Shown: in pieces, positions 59,255-59,680 of the stretch
Layout: the number at the start of each line of letters is the position of its first letter
How positions within the stretch are numbered: position 1 is the stretch's first letter
Source: Methanotrichaceae archaeon
Lineage (GTDB): Archaea; Halobacteriota; Methanosarcinia; Methanotrichales; Methanotrichaceae
Assembly (NCBI GenBank): GCA_963748825.1
Contig: CAVVKN010000017.1
Coordinates: 1 to 59,680 of the forward strand
Length of the DNA: 59,680 bases
Direction: 5' to 3'
Translations under genes and position numbers: made by a program
The notes under the pieces: model-generated
Told to the model about the DNA's origin: nothing
Seen by the model: the letters and a program-made list of their open reading frames with translations, nothing else
Database searches by the model: none

Positions 59255-59680
59255 ATGGGCAATGACATCACCAACCGCACGCAGGCTGAGGAAGAATTGA
59301 GGAAAGCCTTGCAAGCCGCACAAGCTCGTAACGCCCAGTACGGCAGGCAGTCTCGATGATATCCGATATCGTCTGGCGCTATGATGTCAATACCAAAGGA
59401 GAGCATGCAGGCTCCTACATCTCGCCGGTTGCGGACAGAATGCTGGGACTGCCTGTTGGCACCATCGGAGACAGCTTCGAAAAATACTTCTCCTATGTTC
59501 ATCCCGATGACTTGCCGGCCGTGCAGAAGGTACTCGCTGAATGGATACGAACGTTTGGGAAGGACAAAACCGCAGAATACCGCATGCTAAAGGCCGACGG
59601 CACGATGTTTTGGGTTCGTTCCAGGGGTTCGGCTTATGGCCGATTCAGCGTCTATGGCACCACAAGCGACATCACGGAGC
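59255..59680 (+). pseudogene. PAS-domain sensor protein fragment, frameshifted near 59345, runs off window
   Basis: DITNRTQAEEELR, then shifted YISP..MLG..VHPDD..EYRM.KADG..WVRSRG..DITE. Confidence 0.7.

Overview
Archaeal chromosomal segment from a methanogen of the Methanosarcinales/Methanotrichales type. Methanothrix-like is my inference from gene content: fae-hps, SepCysS, ADP-dependent sugar kinase, DUF2098/DUF2117/DUF1699, NAC, RFC-L, an intron-containing tRNA-Tyr, and a thermosome next to grpE-dnaK-dnaJ. Housekeeping blocks alternate with small accessory patches: toxin-antitoxin modules (hicBA, mnt-hepT, GNAT pair, a decayed second mnt-hepT), a membrane-anchored NB-ARC/TPR protein with 126-bp repeats, IS481, IS605/TnpB-end and IS1634 remnants, displaced gene 3'-end copies and several pseudogenes. 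The strongest unexplained signal is an intergenic ~475-nt tract (25443-25916). By eye it folds into a closed, multi-junction RNA on the + strand with an upstream TATA-like element, and it lacks the signatures of RNase P, SRP, tRNA and group I/II introns. Also notable are an orphan, expanded TnpB-type right-end/omega-RNA (11215-11454) and a 1007-bp end-less transposase fragment inserted cleanly between two codons of a CDGSH gene. All assignments come from motif recognition and hand base-pairing; no searches or folding programs were run.
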